Shown one piece after another: positions 8,120 through 18,483 of a DNA stretch of 64,000 nt. Source of the stretch: an uncultured Desulfobulbaceae bacterium (GTDB taxonomy: Bacteria > Desulfobacterota > Desulfobulbia > Desulfobulbales > BM004); NCBI GenBank assembly GCA_945787325.1, contig CALZHP010000004.1, positions 2,262-66,261 on the forward strand, read 5' to 3'. The translations under genes and the position numbers were made by a program. The notes under the pieces were generated by a model, which was given only the letters and a program-made list of their open reading frames with translations, ran no database searches and had not been told where the DNA came from. Each line of letters begins with the position of its first letter. Position 1 is the stretch's first letter.

Positions 8120-10201
8120 TCATTCGTCATTTACAGCCGGTATCTCTACCACAAACCTGGCACCGCCTTCTTCATTATTCCCCGCAGCAATATTGCAGCC
8201 CAGGCTTTCAATAAGCCCTCTCACCTGCCAAAGACCGATGCCGCTGCCCTTAGATTTGGAGGTTTTAAACGGTTCAAATAATCCATCCGGCAGAAGTTCG
8301 GACGGTATACCCGGCCCGTTATCTGTGATTTTAAGTTCTATTATTTCAGTTGTTTTCGGAGCTGCATGAATCCTAACCGAAGTTCCGGCGCCTCCTGCCT
8401 CCAGAGAATTGAGCAGGATATTCTCAAGGATACTTGAAAATATTTCCGGGTCAGTGGTTATCTTCGTTGTATATTTGCACTTCAGATCAACCGTCAGTTC
8501 AGGGAGTTTGCGACCAAGCTTGCCAATGCAGTCTTTCAAAAATTTGCAGAGGACTAATTCCTGCCATTCTGGTGTAATTTCTCCTTTAAGCGAATGCAGG
8601 CGGTTTTGCACTTTGGCCATTCTTTTCAAAGCATCGTCCATCGATTCCAGGAGATCCTGCTGAAACACGGGATTATTGATATGCGCCGGAGCGTTTTCCC
8701 GGGCAAGAGACAGCATGGTGGCCGCGTTTTTAATATCATGGAGGACATAAGCGGAGAGGTTTTCCCAGGCGGATTGCTCGCGGGTATGGGCCAGTTCTTC
8801 GGCCATCCGGGTGGCCAGAAGTGCAGAAGCAGCCTGGGAACCCAGGGCGGCTAGAAGATCGAAATCATCGTGCCCGTAGATTCCACCGGAAAACTCCGGG
8901 CCAAGCCCGATATAACCGACACATTGTTCACCAATTGCCAGGGGCACCAGCAGGACAATTCCAGATGTATCTAAAAACACATGCTCCAGCGTGGCTAATT
9001 CATTTACTGCTTTATCATAATTGGAATCAGCCACATAAAAATGATCGTTTTCTTTAAGATGCAGTACAAGTGGATTGTCAGGGTCCAGGTTAATGTTGGG
9101 CGTTTCGGCAAACCCTTGGTCCCTGAAGGGTTTGTACCCTTGCTGGGCATCTCCAAGCCAGATCTTGATATCAGTCGTATAGAGGCTGTCGGCCAATACC
9201 TGGCGCAATGCGGCGACAACACCTTTTTCACTCAATTCTCCCTGCAGAAGAGAAGAGAATGCAAGCCATTCATCCCTGTACTCGTATTTATTCACATAAA
9301 AATTGGTGCTGATAAAATATTTCACCCGATGACGCACTTTGCCTGATAGCGAAAATATTAAAATCAGCAGTATGCCAATGATAATCAGCAGCCACTGCAG
9401 AATAAAGGGCAGAGACAATCCATAAGCCCGTATTATGAAAGAGACAATACCCACAAAAAAGAGATATGCGCCAAAGACGAGCGGCGCAATTGTCGAATAC
9501 ACAACCTTACGAGATACAAATACCTTGCGATTAAGCAATCTATGGCGGACGATGCCATACACCATCATAGACCAGGCGATCAGTAAAATAACGGACAGCA
9601 ACTGAAAGTGGCGAGGTACCAGTCGCAGATAGGTAATCCGATAGGAAGATGACCAGGCAAAGGTGCCGCTTAAAAGAAAAAAGCCGATGACTACAAATTT
9701 ATACTCCCATCGTCCTTTTAAAGTCAGTGCCCTCCAGAAAGACTCCAGATACCAGGCCAATCTAAGGGCGGCGACAAGCAATAGCAAGGAAGAAAAATAC
9801 AACAGTCCGTATTGAGGGAGGATTATCATATCTTCAACACGGTCATACACCGGCTGGCTGTACACCCAGAAACCGCCCGTACCAAATACGACGGCCGCAA
9901 GTACAACAATTATCATAATAAAAAGATTCGGCTTCTGAGCAGCAGGATTAATAGTATATTGCATCCTGTATGCCATGATAATTATGAGCAGGGAATATAC
10001 ATTTTCAGAAAATACAAGGGAGGGAATCGACTGATCCTGCAGGTGAAAGGAGAAATAGACATATTCCCCGCCAAGCAGCGTTACACTCAATAAGATTCGC
10101 ACCAGCCCGAAGGAAAATTGACGTTCCGCTTCTTTCACCCTCAGATCAAGTAAACATGAAAGCAACAGCGTAAGATTCAGGATGTAAAAAAGTGCAGTCA
10201 T
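8120..10201 (-). CDS. prsK: PEP-CTERM-system-type sensor histidine kinase (PrsK-like)
   Basis: 693 aa. It has a roughly 300-aa polytopic N-terminal membrane domain, a central GAF-like region, an H-box (LHDIKNAATML) and HATPase motifs (LNSLEAG, DNGPGIP, GSGIGLW). The architecture and size match the PrsK family, recalled from memory. Confidence 0.8.
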   Translation of the reverse strand: MTALFYILNLTLLLSCLLDLRVKEAERQFSFGLVRILLSVTLLGGEYVYFSFHLQDQSIPSLVFSENVYSLLIIIMAYRMQYTINPAAQKPNLFIMIIVVLAAVVFGTGGFWVYSQPVYDRVEDMIILPQYGLLYFSSLLLLVAALRLAWYLESFWRALTLKGRWEYKFVVIGFFLLSGTFAWSSSYRITYLRLVPRHFQLLSVILLIAWSMMVYGIVRHRLLNRKVFVSRKVVYSTIAPLVFGAYLFFVGIVSFIIRAYGLSLPFILQWLLIIIGILLILIFSLSGKVRHRVKYFISTNFYVNKYEYRDEWLAFSSLLQGELSEKGVVAALRQVLADSLYTTDIKIWLGDAQQGYKPFRDQGFAETPNINLDPDNPLVLHLKENDHFYVADSNYDKAVNELATLEHVFLDTSGIVLLVPLAIGEQCVGYIGLGPEFSGGIYGHDDFDLLAALGSQAASALLATRMAEELAHTREQSAWENLSAYVLHDIKNAATMLSLARENAPAHINNPVFQQDLLESMDDALKRMAKVQNRLHSLKGEITPEWQELVLCKFLKDCIGKLGRKLPELTVDLKCKYTTKITTDPEIFSSILENILLNSLEAGGAGTSVRIHAAPKTTEIIELKITDNGPGIPSELLPDGLFEPFKTSKSKGSGIGLWQVRGLIESLGCNIAAGNNEEGGARFVVEIPAVNDE

Positions 10202-10441
10202 GGCCTGTTTTTATTATTTTATGTCAAGGTATCAATTCAAGTAAATAATTAATGATACTTAAGGAATTATGGGAACATACTCCCATGTTCTCAGGTTTGT
10301 CAACGTTTGGTGACTTGATGTTTCAAGGGGAAATATGAGTTGATATTTTTCAACAGTTCAAATAAATAAAACAACCATTTAGATGACGATACGAAATATT
10401 GGCTCTGTGTTGAATACGTTTGCTTTATGCTAATCATCAGC

Positions 10442-11347
10442 TTACTCAACAATGACTTGTTCAAAGCTTGATGGAATTTTTATTTTAAAATCATTATCTT
10501 GCAGTGATGCGTCAGGAATTACAGAGTGTAAAGTTATTGCCACCTTGCCGTTATGATCCAGGCCTGAAACAGTTATTCTGCCAGGGAACAAGCAACTTTC
10601 AGCGTTTCGAGAAATGAATTCACCATACCTCACATCCATCTGAGTTCTCCCCTTATCATCCATCACTATATGCCTGGTGATAACTCCCCGCTCCGGATTG
10701 AATAAAATGCTCCTTGCGAATTCCTCCGATTCAAAACGTATATCAAGCCAGTAACTGCCCTCCTCTTCACCACGTCGTAAAGATATGATTTCAAAAAGGA
10801 CAGGCTGAAGCCGGCCGGTTAACCAGCCATAACTCTGTTCAGGGTTGAAGCCCTTCGGGGCATACTTTGTGAAAGTTTTTGAGTGCACTACCCCTATATA
10901 TGCCTTGTTTTCTGGTACAATTACACTGGTAAAAGTTTCTCCACTGGTACCAATAAGAAGCAAGGGCTGGCCAAGTGGGTTTACAGCTATGAATTTGAAG
11001 AATGAGGGGGAAGCGGCAAGCAGATAACCATCGAGGGTACCAGCCCGGTTCCAGAGCATTGTACTTGCAGAAAATGTTACCGAAACTTCTGCGTCTAGGC
11101 AGCAGCCGCAATCTGCCTGACGTTCTAGAACTTCTTTAAAGTCTGATATAATTTCTCTGCTTTCTAGAGCGGGAAGAAGTACGGTCTGTTGAGGAGGGGG
11201 CCTGAAGAGGGCGCACCCATGCAGAAGAAGAGACAGGAGAAAAACTGAAACCAGCGCGTTCAGAGTATTTCTGAAATCCAAACCGGCATCATTGAGGGAT
11301 GGATTTAATTTTCTGCCTGACGATCTCTTTTTTATCCTCTTCCTCAT
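10442..11347 (-). CDS. lipoprotein, LolB/DUF4292-like (function tentative)
   Basis: Lipobox LLLHGC. The ATG at 11347 overlaps the upstream TPR gene by 59 nt. An in-frame TTG at 11281 would give MDFRNTLNALVSVFLLSLLLHGC and remove the overlap. Confidence 0.6.
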   Translation of the reverse strand: MRKRIKKRSSGRKLNPSLNDAGLDFRNTLNALVSVFLLSLLLHGCALFRPPPQQTVLLPALESREIISDFKEVLERQADCGCCLDAEVSVTFSASTMLWNRAGTLDGYLLAASPSFFKFIAVNPLGQPLLLIGTSGETFTSVIVPENKAYIGVVHSKTFTKYAPKGFNPEQSYGWLTGRLQPVLFEIISLRRGEEEGSYWLDIRFESEEFARSILFNPERGVITRHIVMDDKGRTQMDVRYGEFISRNAESCLFPGRITVSGLDHNGKVAITLHSVIPDASLQDNDFKIKIPSSFEQVIVE

Positions 11348-13019
11348 AAATTTCCAATGATTTATTATATACTTCGAGGGCTTTCTGTGGCTTATTTAAC
11401 TTCAGGTAAACATCACCCATGTGTTCGAAAATAACAGCATCACTTTCCACTAGCTCGATGGCCTTTTCAAGCTCTTTTTCAGCACGCTCAATATCACCTA
11501 GTTTGAAGTAAACCCATCCCAGGCTGTCTCTGATAAAGCCATCGTCCGGCCGTGCATCTACCGCTTTCTGGATGTATTGCAATGCTTCATCAAGCCTTAT
11601 ACCTTTATCGGCCCAGGTATATCCAATATAGTTAAGGGCTGCACTGTTCTCCGGATCAAGTTCCAGAACTTTTTCCATCTTGACGATGGCATCATCCTGC
11701 TCTCCTATCCTCTCCAGGAAAAGGGCATATTCAAGATAAATCTCAACGTTATCTTTGAACTTCACTTCGGCAATATCCAGCACCGCCCTCGCTTTGTTGA
11801 GCTGTTCCTGTTCCTTATAGAGAAAGGCAAGCGCTACATGAAATCTCAGCCTCGATGTGTCATCATTTTCAATTCTTTTCTCGAATATGGCTATAGCTTC
11901 AGCGGTCCTTTTTTCCTCCTGCAAAATCCTAATCAGCAACAGGGACGCCTCTTCATACTCCTCAGCAGTAGAAGGGATTACCCTCAGCAATTCAATTGCC
12001 TCATCAGGATTACCGTTTTCATTATGTGCTATTGCCAGCAGCATGCGGGCCAGATCTGAGTCTGGATCGGTTTCCAGGATAGAAGAAAGAATGGCTATGG
12101 CCTCATCATATTTTTTCTGTGCCAAAAGAACACGTGTGATAGTTATATCTACCTTCTGTATATCTGAGGCATAGCCCCTCAGCTCGTTGAGTTCCTCAAG
12201 AGCACGCTCCGGTTCTTCCCGTGATAGGAATAGATTGACCAGCCGCGCCCGTGCCAACTCGTTGGTTTCATCTTCTTCAAGAATCCTGTGATACAAAGCG
12301 ACAGCCTTTTCAGGAAGATCCTGCTGCTCAAAAAAATCGGCCATTTCCAGGGCCAATCTGTTTGACCAGCTGATATTAAGTGCATTCTGGTAGCTTTTTT
12401 CAGCCTTTGAAACGAATTTAAGCTCTCTGTAAAGCCTGGCAAGGTAATAATGCCCCAGGTAGGAATTGGGATCTAATTTTACAAGACGAGTAAGGGCAAC
12501 CTGTGCTTTCTCGTACTGCCTATCCTGCCCATATAGACTTCCAAGCTGCAGCAGTGTCTGGGGATCTTCTTTTTTCTCAAGAATGTCGTTGTATGTTGCA
12601 GCCGCCGAATCTATATCGCCCATGCTGGAATAAATTTTGGCCAACAACAATTTGGTTCCAATGTCTTCCGGCTTTTTAGCACTGATTTTCTTGAGCCATT
12701 CAGCTGCTTCCTGCTTCCTGTCCATCCTGACTAAAAGAATAGCAAGGTCATTTGCTATGGGATCTGCTTCTGGATCACAAACCAGGGCCTTCTCATATGC
12801 TTCTCTTGCTTCATCATAGCGCTGGTCGTACTCGGCAGATTTACCCCAGAGATAATAAAAATAAGAACAGCTTACATCTGCAGGCTCGACAGCTTCCTCC
12901 TCAACAGTGACAGCTGGCTTCACTGAAGGCGCAGGAGCCTGATAGCCGGTCGTTCCAGCACAGGACCAGATGAAAAATAGAAGACATAATATTAAAAGAA
13001 ATTCTCTTTTCATTACCAT
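11289..13019 (-). CDS. TPR-repeat lipoprotein
   Basis: Signal/lipobox MVMKREFLLILCLLFFIWSCAG, followed by more than 10 TPR-like A/Y/L-periodic repeats. Confidence 0.85.
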   Translation of the reverse strand: MVMKREFLLILCLLFFIWSCAGTTGYQAPAPSVKPAVTVEEEAVEPADVSCSYFYYLWGKSAEYDQRYDEAREAYEKALVCDPEADPIANDLAILLVRMDRKQEAAEWLKKISAKKPEDIGTKLLLAKIYSSMGDIDSAAATYNDILEKKEDPQTLLQLGSLYGQDRQYEKAQVALTRLVKLDPNSYLGHYYLARLYRELKFVSKAEKSYQNALNISWSNRLALEMADFFEQQDLPEKAVALYHRILEEDETNELARARLVNLFLSREEPERALEELNELRGYASDIQKVDITITRVLLAQKKYDEAIAILSSILETDPDSDLARMLLAIAHNENGNPDEAIELLRVIPSTAEEYEEASLLLIRILQEEKRTAEAIAIFEKRIENDDTSRLRFHVALAFLYKEQEQLNKARAVLDIAEVKFKDNVEIYLEYALFLERIGEQDDAIVKMEKVLELDPENSAALNYIGYTWADKGIRLDEALQYIQKAVDARPDDGFIRDSLGWVYFKLGDIERAEKELEKAIELVESDAVIFEHMGDVYLKLNKPQKALEVYNKSLEIYEEEDKKEIVRQKIKSIPQ

Positions 13020-13186
13020 AACTTTGAAATTTTCATACTTCTATCTGTCACTGTTATCCAAAATGAAATGCCCAAGGAAACCGATTCTTTGCTACCGCCT
13101 ACAGATAAAGCATTTATATAATATTCACTTACAATAAAACAATATCTATCGCCATAGAATATTTCAGAATTACCGGATTTGAATGT

Positions 13187-13828
13187 TCACAATACGCTCT
13201 TTTCTCCAATAAGCTGCTTTACTTCACGCAAAACATCATGATGTATTTCGTCAATGGTGCGAACAGCATCTATTCTTTTAATATAATCACCATCCAGATT
13301 GTCAAACAGCTCGGATACTTTCTGCAGGGCCTCCTCCTGCTCAAAGCTATTCAGGGACTCTCCCCTCAACTCCTGTATACGGTGGATGCCAAGGGTTGGT
13401 GGCGCTACGAATATCAGCGCCAGATCAGGGCGCGGAGCAAAATTCTCATTGAGCTGTAAAATCTCTACCGGGTTAAGCCCTGCAGCTCCCTGGTAGGCCA
13501 CTGTCGAAAGATAATAACGATCCGTTAGAACAATTTTTCCCTCGGCAAGCGCCGGAGCAATTACTTCATTTACATGCTGTTTCCGGTCTGCCATGAACAG
13601 TTCCAACTCCTCTTCTCTTGAAACACTGGTCCTGTTGACAAAAAGCTCCCTGATCCTCTGCCCGAAAGGTCCATCTGTCGGTTCAAATGTTGTTACTACC
13701 TCATACCCCATACCGGTCAGTTTTTCTGAAAGCAAACGTATCTGAGTTGATTTTCCTGTACCGTCAATACCTTCGAATGCTATCAAAAGACCCGCGTTCC
13801 ACACGCCGTTACTATTAGTAATACTCAT
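13187..13828 (-). CDS. tmk: thymidylate kinase
   Basis: P-loop FEGIDGTGKSTQ and a DRY motif (TDRYYLST). Confidence 0.92.
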   Translation of the reverse strand: MSITNSNGVWNAGLLIAFEGIDGTGKSTQIRLLSEKLTGMGYEVVTTFEPTDGPFGQRIRELFVNRTSVSREEELELFMADRKQHVNEVIAPALAEGKIVLTDRYYLSTVAYQGAAGLNPVEILQLNENFAPRPDLALIFVAPPTLGIHRIQELRGESLNSFEQEEALQKVSELFDNLDGDYIKRIDAVRTIDEIHHDVLREVKQLIGEKSVL

Positions 13829-13847
13829 CGAGAATCGCCGTTAAATT

Positions 13848-14864
13848 TTATAAGTTAACTTTCTTGGTATACTTTTTTCTGTTGCCTGCAATTTCTCCGG
13901 CCAGCATAAAGGCAGCTTTAAGACTTTCAAAGCTCGCTATTCCTTTGCCGGCTATATCATATGCAGTACCGTGATCAACAGATGTCCTTATGATCGGCAG
14001 GCCAATCGTGACATTTACTCCATCTTTAAAGTGAAGAAGTTTAAAGGGTATGAGCCCCTGGTCATGATACATGCACACAACAGCATCATATTTACCTGCA
14101 GCAGCCATGTTAAAAACAGTATCAGGCGGAAAGGGGCCCAGAATATCCCAGTCATCCTGAGCAGAAGCGGAGACTGCTGGAATAATGATATTTTTTTCTT
14201 CCTCCCCGAACATTCCCTCCTCACCAGCGTGAGGATTGAGCCCGGAAACGGCGATTCGCGGTCTTGGTATGCCAAAATCTACCTGCAAGGATTTACCTGT
14301 CAAACGTATAAGACTCTCCACCGAAGATTGGGTGAGTGTCCCCGGTACCTCCGCCAGAGCCTTATGTATAGTCACCAGTGTAACCCTTAAACTGCTCCCG
14401 GCCATCATCATGGCATATTCTGTTGAATTACAAATGGAGGCAATCATTTCAGTATGACCCGGGAAGTTATATCCGGCATTATTCAGAGCCGACTTGGTGA
14501 TCGGGCATGTAACCATGGCGGCAAAAGTTCTATCCAGACAGAGACGTACCGCCTCCTCAATGTACTGGGCCATAGCGTGTCCCGTTTCCCTGGTTGGTTT
14601 TCCCCACTGTAGATTAGTGGGATCGAGGCTTGTAACAGAAATTACTGGAAAAGTTCCGTCAGTTATTTTATTGCCGGGTTCCCATGGAACAAAATCCAAT
14701 TCTGCAGACTGTGCTTCTGCACTCCGTCTCAGAACAGAAATATCCCCCAGAACAACAGGAATATCTTCCTGAAAGTCCTCATGGTTTTTCAGATAGCGTA
14801 TAATAATTTCAGGACCTATTCCCACAGGGCATCCCATGGTTATGCCAATATATTTTTGCTTCAT
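13848..14864 (-). CDS. pdxA: 4-hydroxythreonine-4-phosphate dehydrogenase
   Basis: PdxA motifs GHTEM, NPHAGEEG and IRTSVDHGTAYDIAGKG. Confidence 0.9.
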   Translation of the reverse strand: MKQKYIGITMGCPVGIGPEIIIRYLKNHEDFQEDIPVVLGDISVLRRSAEAQSAELDFVPWEPGNKITDGTFPVISVTSLDPTNLQWGKPTRETGHAMAQYIEEAVRLCLDRTFAAMVTCPITKSALNNAGYNFPGHTEMIASICNSTEYAMMMAGSSLRVTLVTIHKALAEVPGTLTQSSVESLIRLTGKSLQVDFGIPRPRIAVSGLNPHAGEEGMFGEEEKNIIIPAVSASAQDDWDILGPFPPDTVFNMAAAGKYDAVVCMYHDQGLIPFKLLHFKDGVNVTIGLPIIRTSVDHGTAYDIAGKGIASFESLKAAFMLAGEIAGNRKKYTKKVNL

Positions 14865-14879
14865 TTTTTTAATAAAAGT

Positions 14880-15272
14880 TCACACACCATAACAGAGATC
14901 AAATGCATTTTTTAACAGTTCGATTTTAACTTCCCCCGGTTCAGAATGACCGCCACCGTCAAACATGATTCCTACGACATCAAAGCGGGCAGGCTTTTCC
15001 TGAAGTTCATGTTTTGAAATATAATCCAGAGCTGCCTTAGACAACTGACGCTGCTTGTGATGTGTTACAGATTCAAACGGTTCACCAAATTTGTTAATGT
15101 TTCTGGTTTTCACTTCAACAAAAACCAGCGTGCCAGCGTCTTCAGCAATAATATCGACTTCTCCAACCCGCACACGATAATTTTTGGCCAGAATCTTATA
15201 ACCCAAACCCTGAAGATGGAACAATGCCAGTTCCTCTCCTTTTCTGCCCAGGGTCTGCCTTTGTTCGGTCAT
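14880..15272 (-). CDS. yraN: YraN-family (UPF0102) endonuclease
   Basis: GRKGEELA..GYKILAKNYR..GEVDIIA...LVFVEVKTR. Confidence 0.88.
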   Translation of the reverse strand: MTEQRQTLGRKGEELALFHLQGLGYKILAKNYRVRVGEVDIIAEDAGTLVFVEVKTRNINKFGEPFESVTHHKQRQLSKAALDYISKHELQEKPARFDVVGIMFDGGGHSEPGEVKIELLKNAFDLCYGV

Positions 15273-15392
15273 TATTTTTCCTTATCGATTTCATCAGTTG
15301 CGTCAGCTGATTTTCCAAAATATAAAAACAGGTCCAAACAACATAGCAAAGTCTATACTCCCTTGAAAGTATAACGACAATTCTGGCTATGA

Positions 15393-16064
15393 TTATTTGC
15401 AGTCTGAGCAGCCTGATCTCAGATGTTCACGGACTCCTTTAAAGGTTTGCCGGTGAATTTTGCAAGGCCCATATTCCTTTATGGCCTTTCGGTGTTCCGC
15501 GGTTGGGTACCCCTTGTTCTTCTTGAAATTATAAGCGGGAAAACGCTGGTGGTAATCCTCCATCATACGATCACGCATTACTTTGGCAACAATTGAAGCA
15601 GCTGCGATAGATGCACTCTTTGATTCACCTTTAGTAAGCGTTTGCTGGGGAATTGACACGGGTACAGAAAAAGTACCGTCTACCAGGAGATAGTCGGGCT
15701 GGCGGGATAAAGCCTGTACTGCCTTTTTCATGGCGAGCAAAGAAGCCTGAAGAATATTGAATTGTTCGATTTCGGAGACGGAAGAAATGCCAACCGTGAT
15801 CTGGGCACCGATTTGGTGAAGTTTATCGTTAAGCCTGATACGGTTGTTATGTGTGATTTTTTTAGAGTCAACAAACTCTTGGTAATCACAGTCAGTTGGA
15901 AGGATAACGCAGGCAGCTACTACCGGGCCTGCCAGTGGTCCTCTGCCAACTTCGTCAAGACCCGCCACAAGGGAATGTCCTTTCCTGTGAAGACCTTTTT
16001 CAAAAGAAAATGTATCGGTTACAGGGTCAGGCCATAATTTTTCCTGACCCTTCCGTTTAATCAT
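15393..16064 (-). CDS. rnhB: ribonuclease HII
   Basis: AGLDEVGRGPLAGPVVAA, DSKK and ASIVAKV motifs. Confidence 0.92.
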   Translation of the reverse strand: MIKRKGQEKLWPDPVTDTFSFEKGLHRKGHSLVAGLDEVGRGPLAGPVVAACVILPTDCDYQEFVDSKKITHNNRIRLNDKLHQIGAQITVGISSVSEIEQFNILQASLLAMKKAVQALSRQPDYLLVDGTFSVPVSIPQQTLTKGESKSASIAAASIVAKVMRDRMMEDYHQRFPAYNFKKNKGYPTAEHRKAIKEYGPCKIHRQTFKGVREHLRSGCSDCK

Positions 16065-16101
16065 CTCTCAAATGCGATACCCGAAAAATGGACGAAAAGT
16101 A

Positions 16102-16455
16102 TTATACTCTTCCTTTTTCCTTGATTCTCGCAGCCTTGCCACGCAGACTGCGCAGGTAGTATAGTTTGGAACGACGCACTTTACCCTCTGCAACAACCTC
16201 AACCTTTTCTACTCGGGGGTTATGTAGGGCGAAAGTTTTTTCTACTCCAACACCATGGGAGACTTTTCTTACGGTATAAGAGGCGTTCATTTTACCTCTT
16301 TTCTTACGGATAACAACTCCTTCAAATACCTGTACTCTTTCCTTGGTGCCTTCGATAATTCTGATATAAACCTTTACCGTATCACCAACACGGAAATCCG
16401 GCATATCAAAACGCATTTGTTCTCTATCAATTCTGTCGATAATGTTCGTGCTCAT
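16102..16455 (-). CDS. rplS: 50S ribosomal protein L19
   Basis: FRVGDTV.V...I.EG.KERVQ.FEGVVI; 117 aa. Confidence 0.95.
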   Translation of the reverse strand: MSTNIIDRIDREQMRFDMPDFRVGDTVKVYIRIIEGTKERVQVFEGVVIRKKRGKMNASYTVRKVSHGVGVEKTFALHNPRVEKVEVVAEGKVRRSKLYYLRSLRGKAARIKEKGRV

Positions 16456-16614
16456 AACTCTGCTTCTCGGAATTTTATATTACTCCGAAGGGTGCCTCCG
16501 TACCACCCATTCTATTATTATAATAATGTGTCGTGTTTCTTATTGGAAACTGACCAAAAGGTCAATCAATTTCTTAAATTTATTACAATTCAGGCGTATA
16601 TGCCCTTTTGCGAA

Positions 16615-17214
16615 TTAGTCTTTTCCCACTCCCAAAAGTCTATCCATCACAATAGCTGCCGCTGACCGAACAGACAGGTGGTTATAACCTGTCATTCCTT
16701 TGATTGGCGGCAATGAACAATCTGCAGCTGCCATTACCTCCGGTGCCAGGCCCCAGGCAGTTCCAAAAAGAATCAGATGACTCTCCCCGGCAAGAACTTT
16801 TTCTCTGACCTTACGATAAGGGTTGGTATCTTCCCGACACTTGGCACATGTGACCAGGACCTTTGGCCGTTCTCCCCATTTCTTTGTCACTAGCCGGTAA
16901 AGCTCATCGAGATCGCTGCATATCCGTACAAGTGAAAGGGCCTCACCTCTTATGCTGTTGTAAGTGGAACCTTCACCAACAAGCCAATGGTCAAGGATTT
17001 CCTTAAAAAGTATCTGCTGATCCTCATAAGGCGTGACTATATAAAAGGTGTCAACTCCATATGTCTTTGCCGCCCTGGCAATATCATGCAAATCCAGGTT
17101 GGTAACAGCAGAACCTATTGTTTCGCCGTTTTTGTTTACCACCGGATAGTGAACAAGCGCTAGATCAATTTTGACAGGCATTACGCCTTCATTGCTGTTT
17201 TCCAGGCTGTTCAC
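16615..17214 (-). CDS. SPOUT-class RNA methyltransferase-like protein (TM1570/Methyltrn_RNA_4-like, recalled from memory)
   Basis: Reads LALVHYPVVNKNGE..TNLDLHDIARAAKTYGV..ILFGTAWGL..GYNHLSVRSAAAIVMDRL. It is not TrmD. It sits exactly where trmD normally lies, between rimM and rplS. The start could be the ATG at 17181 (MPVKIDL). Confidence 0.6.
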   Translation of the reverse strand: MNSLENSNEGVMPVKIDLALVHYPVVNKNGETIGSAVTNLDLHDIARAAKTYGVDTFYIVTPYEDQQILFKEILDHWLVGEGSTYNSIRGEALSLVRICSDLDELYRLVTKKWGERPKVLVTCAKCREDTNPYRKVREKVLAGESHLILFGTAWGLAPEVMAAADCSLPPIKGMTGYNHLSVRSAAAIVMDRLLGVGKD

Positions 17215-17334
17215 AATATATTCATTCTGCAGACCTCATGGTTATCACGACACAATCTTCAACATCCACGCATCAACCAATAGATGACCGAAGTTATAGT
17301 CCATGTCTACGCGCTTTTTTCCATGGTATCTGTT

Positions 17335-17892
17335 TCAATCATTAATTTCGAGCAATCCAGGAGGAGGAGAAATAACCACTGTCCGCTCATGCTCATCCAG
17401 GCGAAGAATGATCTCATTATTGACAGGGATCAAGTATTCAACGCCTTTTCCTTTTACTACTAAAACATCGTGTGCCTTGGTCGTTAAAAAGGTTTTTGCG
17501 GTACCAATTTCCAAGCCGGTGTCTGTTACTACCTTCCTGCCAATTAAATCATGCAGATAAAACTCATTAGGTTCTAGAGTAGGCAGGTCGGTTTTTTTCA
17601 ACCAAACCTCCATGCCGGCAATTTCTTCAGCAGCATTCCTGTCTAACACCCCAGCAAGCTGCAAAACCACCTGATCGCCCTGACTCCTCGCCCGAACAAT
17701 AGAAATTGGTAAAATTCGTCGCGATTCAGTATCCCGAAGAATCACTTTTCTGTACAACTTGAAATTCTCGGGAGAGCGTGAGTAGGGTAAAACCTTAATT
17801 TCACCATGTATCCCATGGGCCTTAACGATTTTGCCTATCGAGACGTACCCATTCTCGAGATCCTGGAAATGCTGTCCGTTGTTGCGGACCAT
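17335..17892 (-). CDS. rimM: 16S rRNA processing protein RimM
   Basis: IGKIVKAHGIHGEIKV plus a PRC-barrel C-terminus. It sits in the conserved rpsP operon position. Confidence 0.9.
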   Translation of the reverse strand: MVRNNGQHFQDLENGYVSIGKIVKAHGIHGEIKVLPYSRSPENFKLYRKVILRDTESRRILPISIVRARSQGDQVVLQLAGVLDRNAAEEIAGMEVWLKKTDLPTLEPNEFYLHDLIGRKVVTDTGLEIGTAKTFLTTKAHDVLVVKGKGVEYLIPVNNEIILRLDEHERTVVISPPPGLLEIND

Positions 17893-17893
17893 C

Positions 17894-18124
17894 TTATTCC
17901 ATTATTTCAAGTCGTGATTTCTTACTACTCTTGCCTGCCACTGCAGTTAACAAGGCTCGCATTGCTTTCGCAGTTCGTCCCTGTTTACCGATCACTTTGC
18001 CCAGATCTTCCTTGGCCACTGTCAGTTCGATAACAATGGTATCATCCTGTTCAACCTCGTTCACCTGAACAGCATCGGGCTGATCAACCAGAGATGTGGC
18101 AATATAGTGTATCAGTTCTTTCAT
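17894..18124 (-). CDS. KH-domain RNA-binding protein (YlqC/UPF0109)
   Basis: KEDLGKVIGKQGRTAKAMR (GxxG KH motif). It lies between rpsP and rimM. Confidence 0.9.
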   Translation of the reverse strand: MKELIHYIATSLVDQPDAVQVNEVEQDDTIVIELTVAKEDLGKVIGKQGRTAKAMRALLTAVAGKSSKKSRLEIME

Positions 18125-18136
18125 GCCGCCCTAATC

Positions 18137-18391
18137 CTATTCTGTCACCGGAGCAGATTTTTGCTTGGCAATCAGGCTTTTCACCGTTGTAGACGGTTGT
18201 GCACCCTTGGAAATCCAGGACTGCAACTTTTCATCATCAATTTTGATCTCGGCCGGATCCTTCAACGGATCATAGGTGCCGACAAGATCAAGGTATCTGC
18301 CATCACGCTTGGACTCGGAATTAACTGCTACAATGCGGTAAAACGGCTTTTTCTTCCTGCCAAGTCTGGTTAACCGAATTTTAACTGCCAT
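18137..18391 (-). CDS. rpsP: 30S ribosomal protein S16
   Basis: [22 protein letters not shown]. Confidence 0.95.
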   Translation of the reverse strand: MAVKIRLTRLGRKKKPFYRIVAVNSESKRDGRYLDLVGTYDPLKDPAEIKIDDEKLQSWISKGAQPSTTVKSLIAKQKSAPVTE

Positions 18392-18483
18392 TATCTGAAC
18401 TTCCTCCTCGTTAACTGCAATTGATTATTGTGGTTCGTTTGTGAACAAAAAAAAATCTATTATTTAAATATTATTATTAAAAA

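Noticed and set aside
7894-8214. A 106-aa ORF on the plus strand, downstream of prsK.
   Set aside because: It lies within the mosaic repeat region and overlaps the prsK 3' end. It has no RBS, and its composition is dictated by the repeats, so it is probably not coding.
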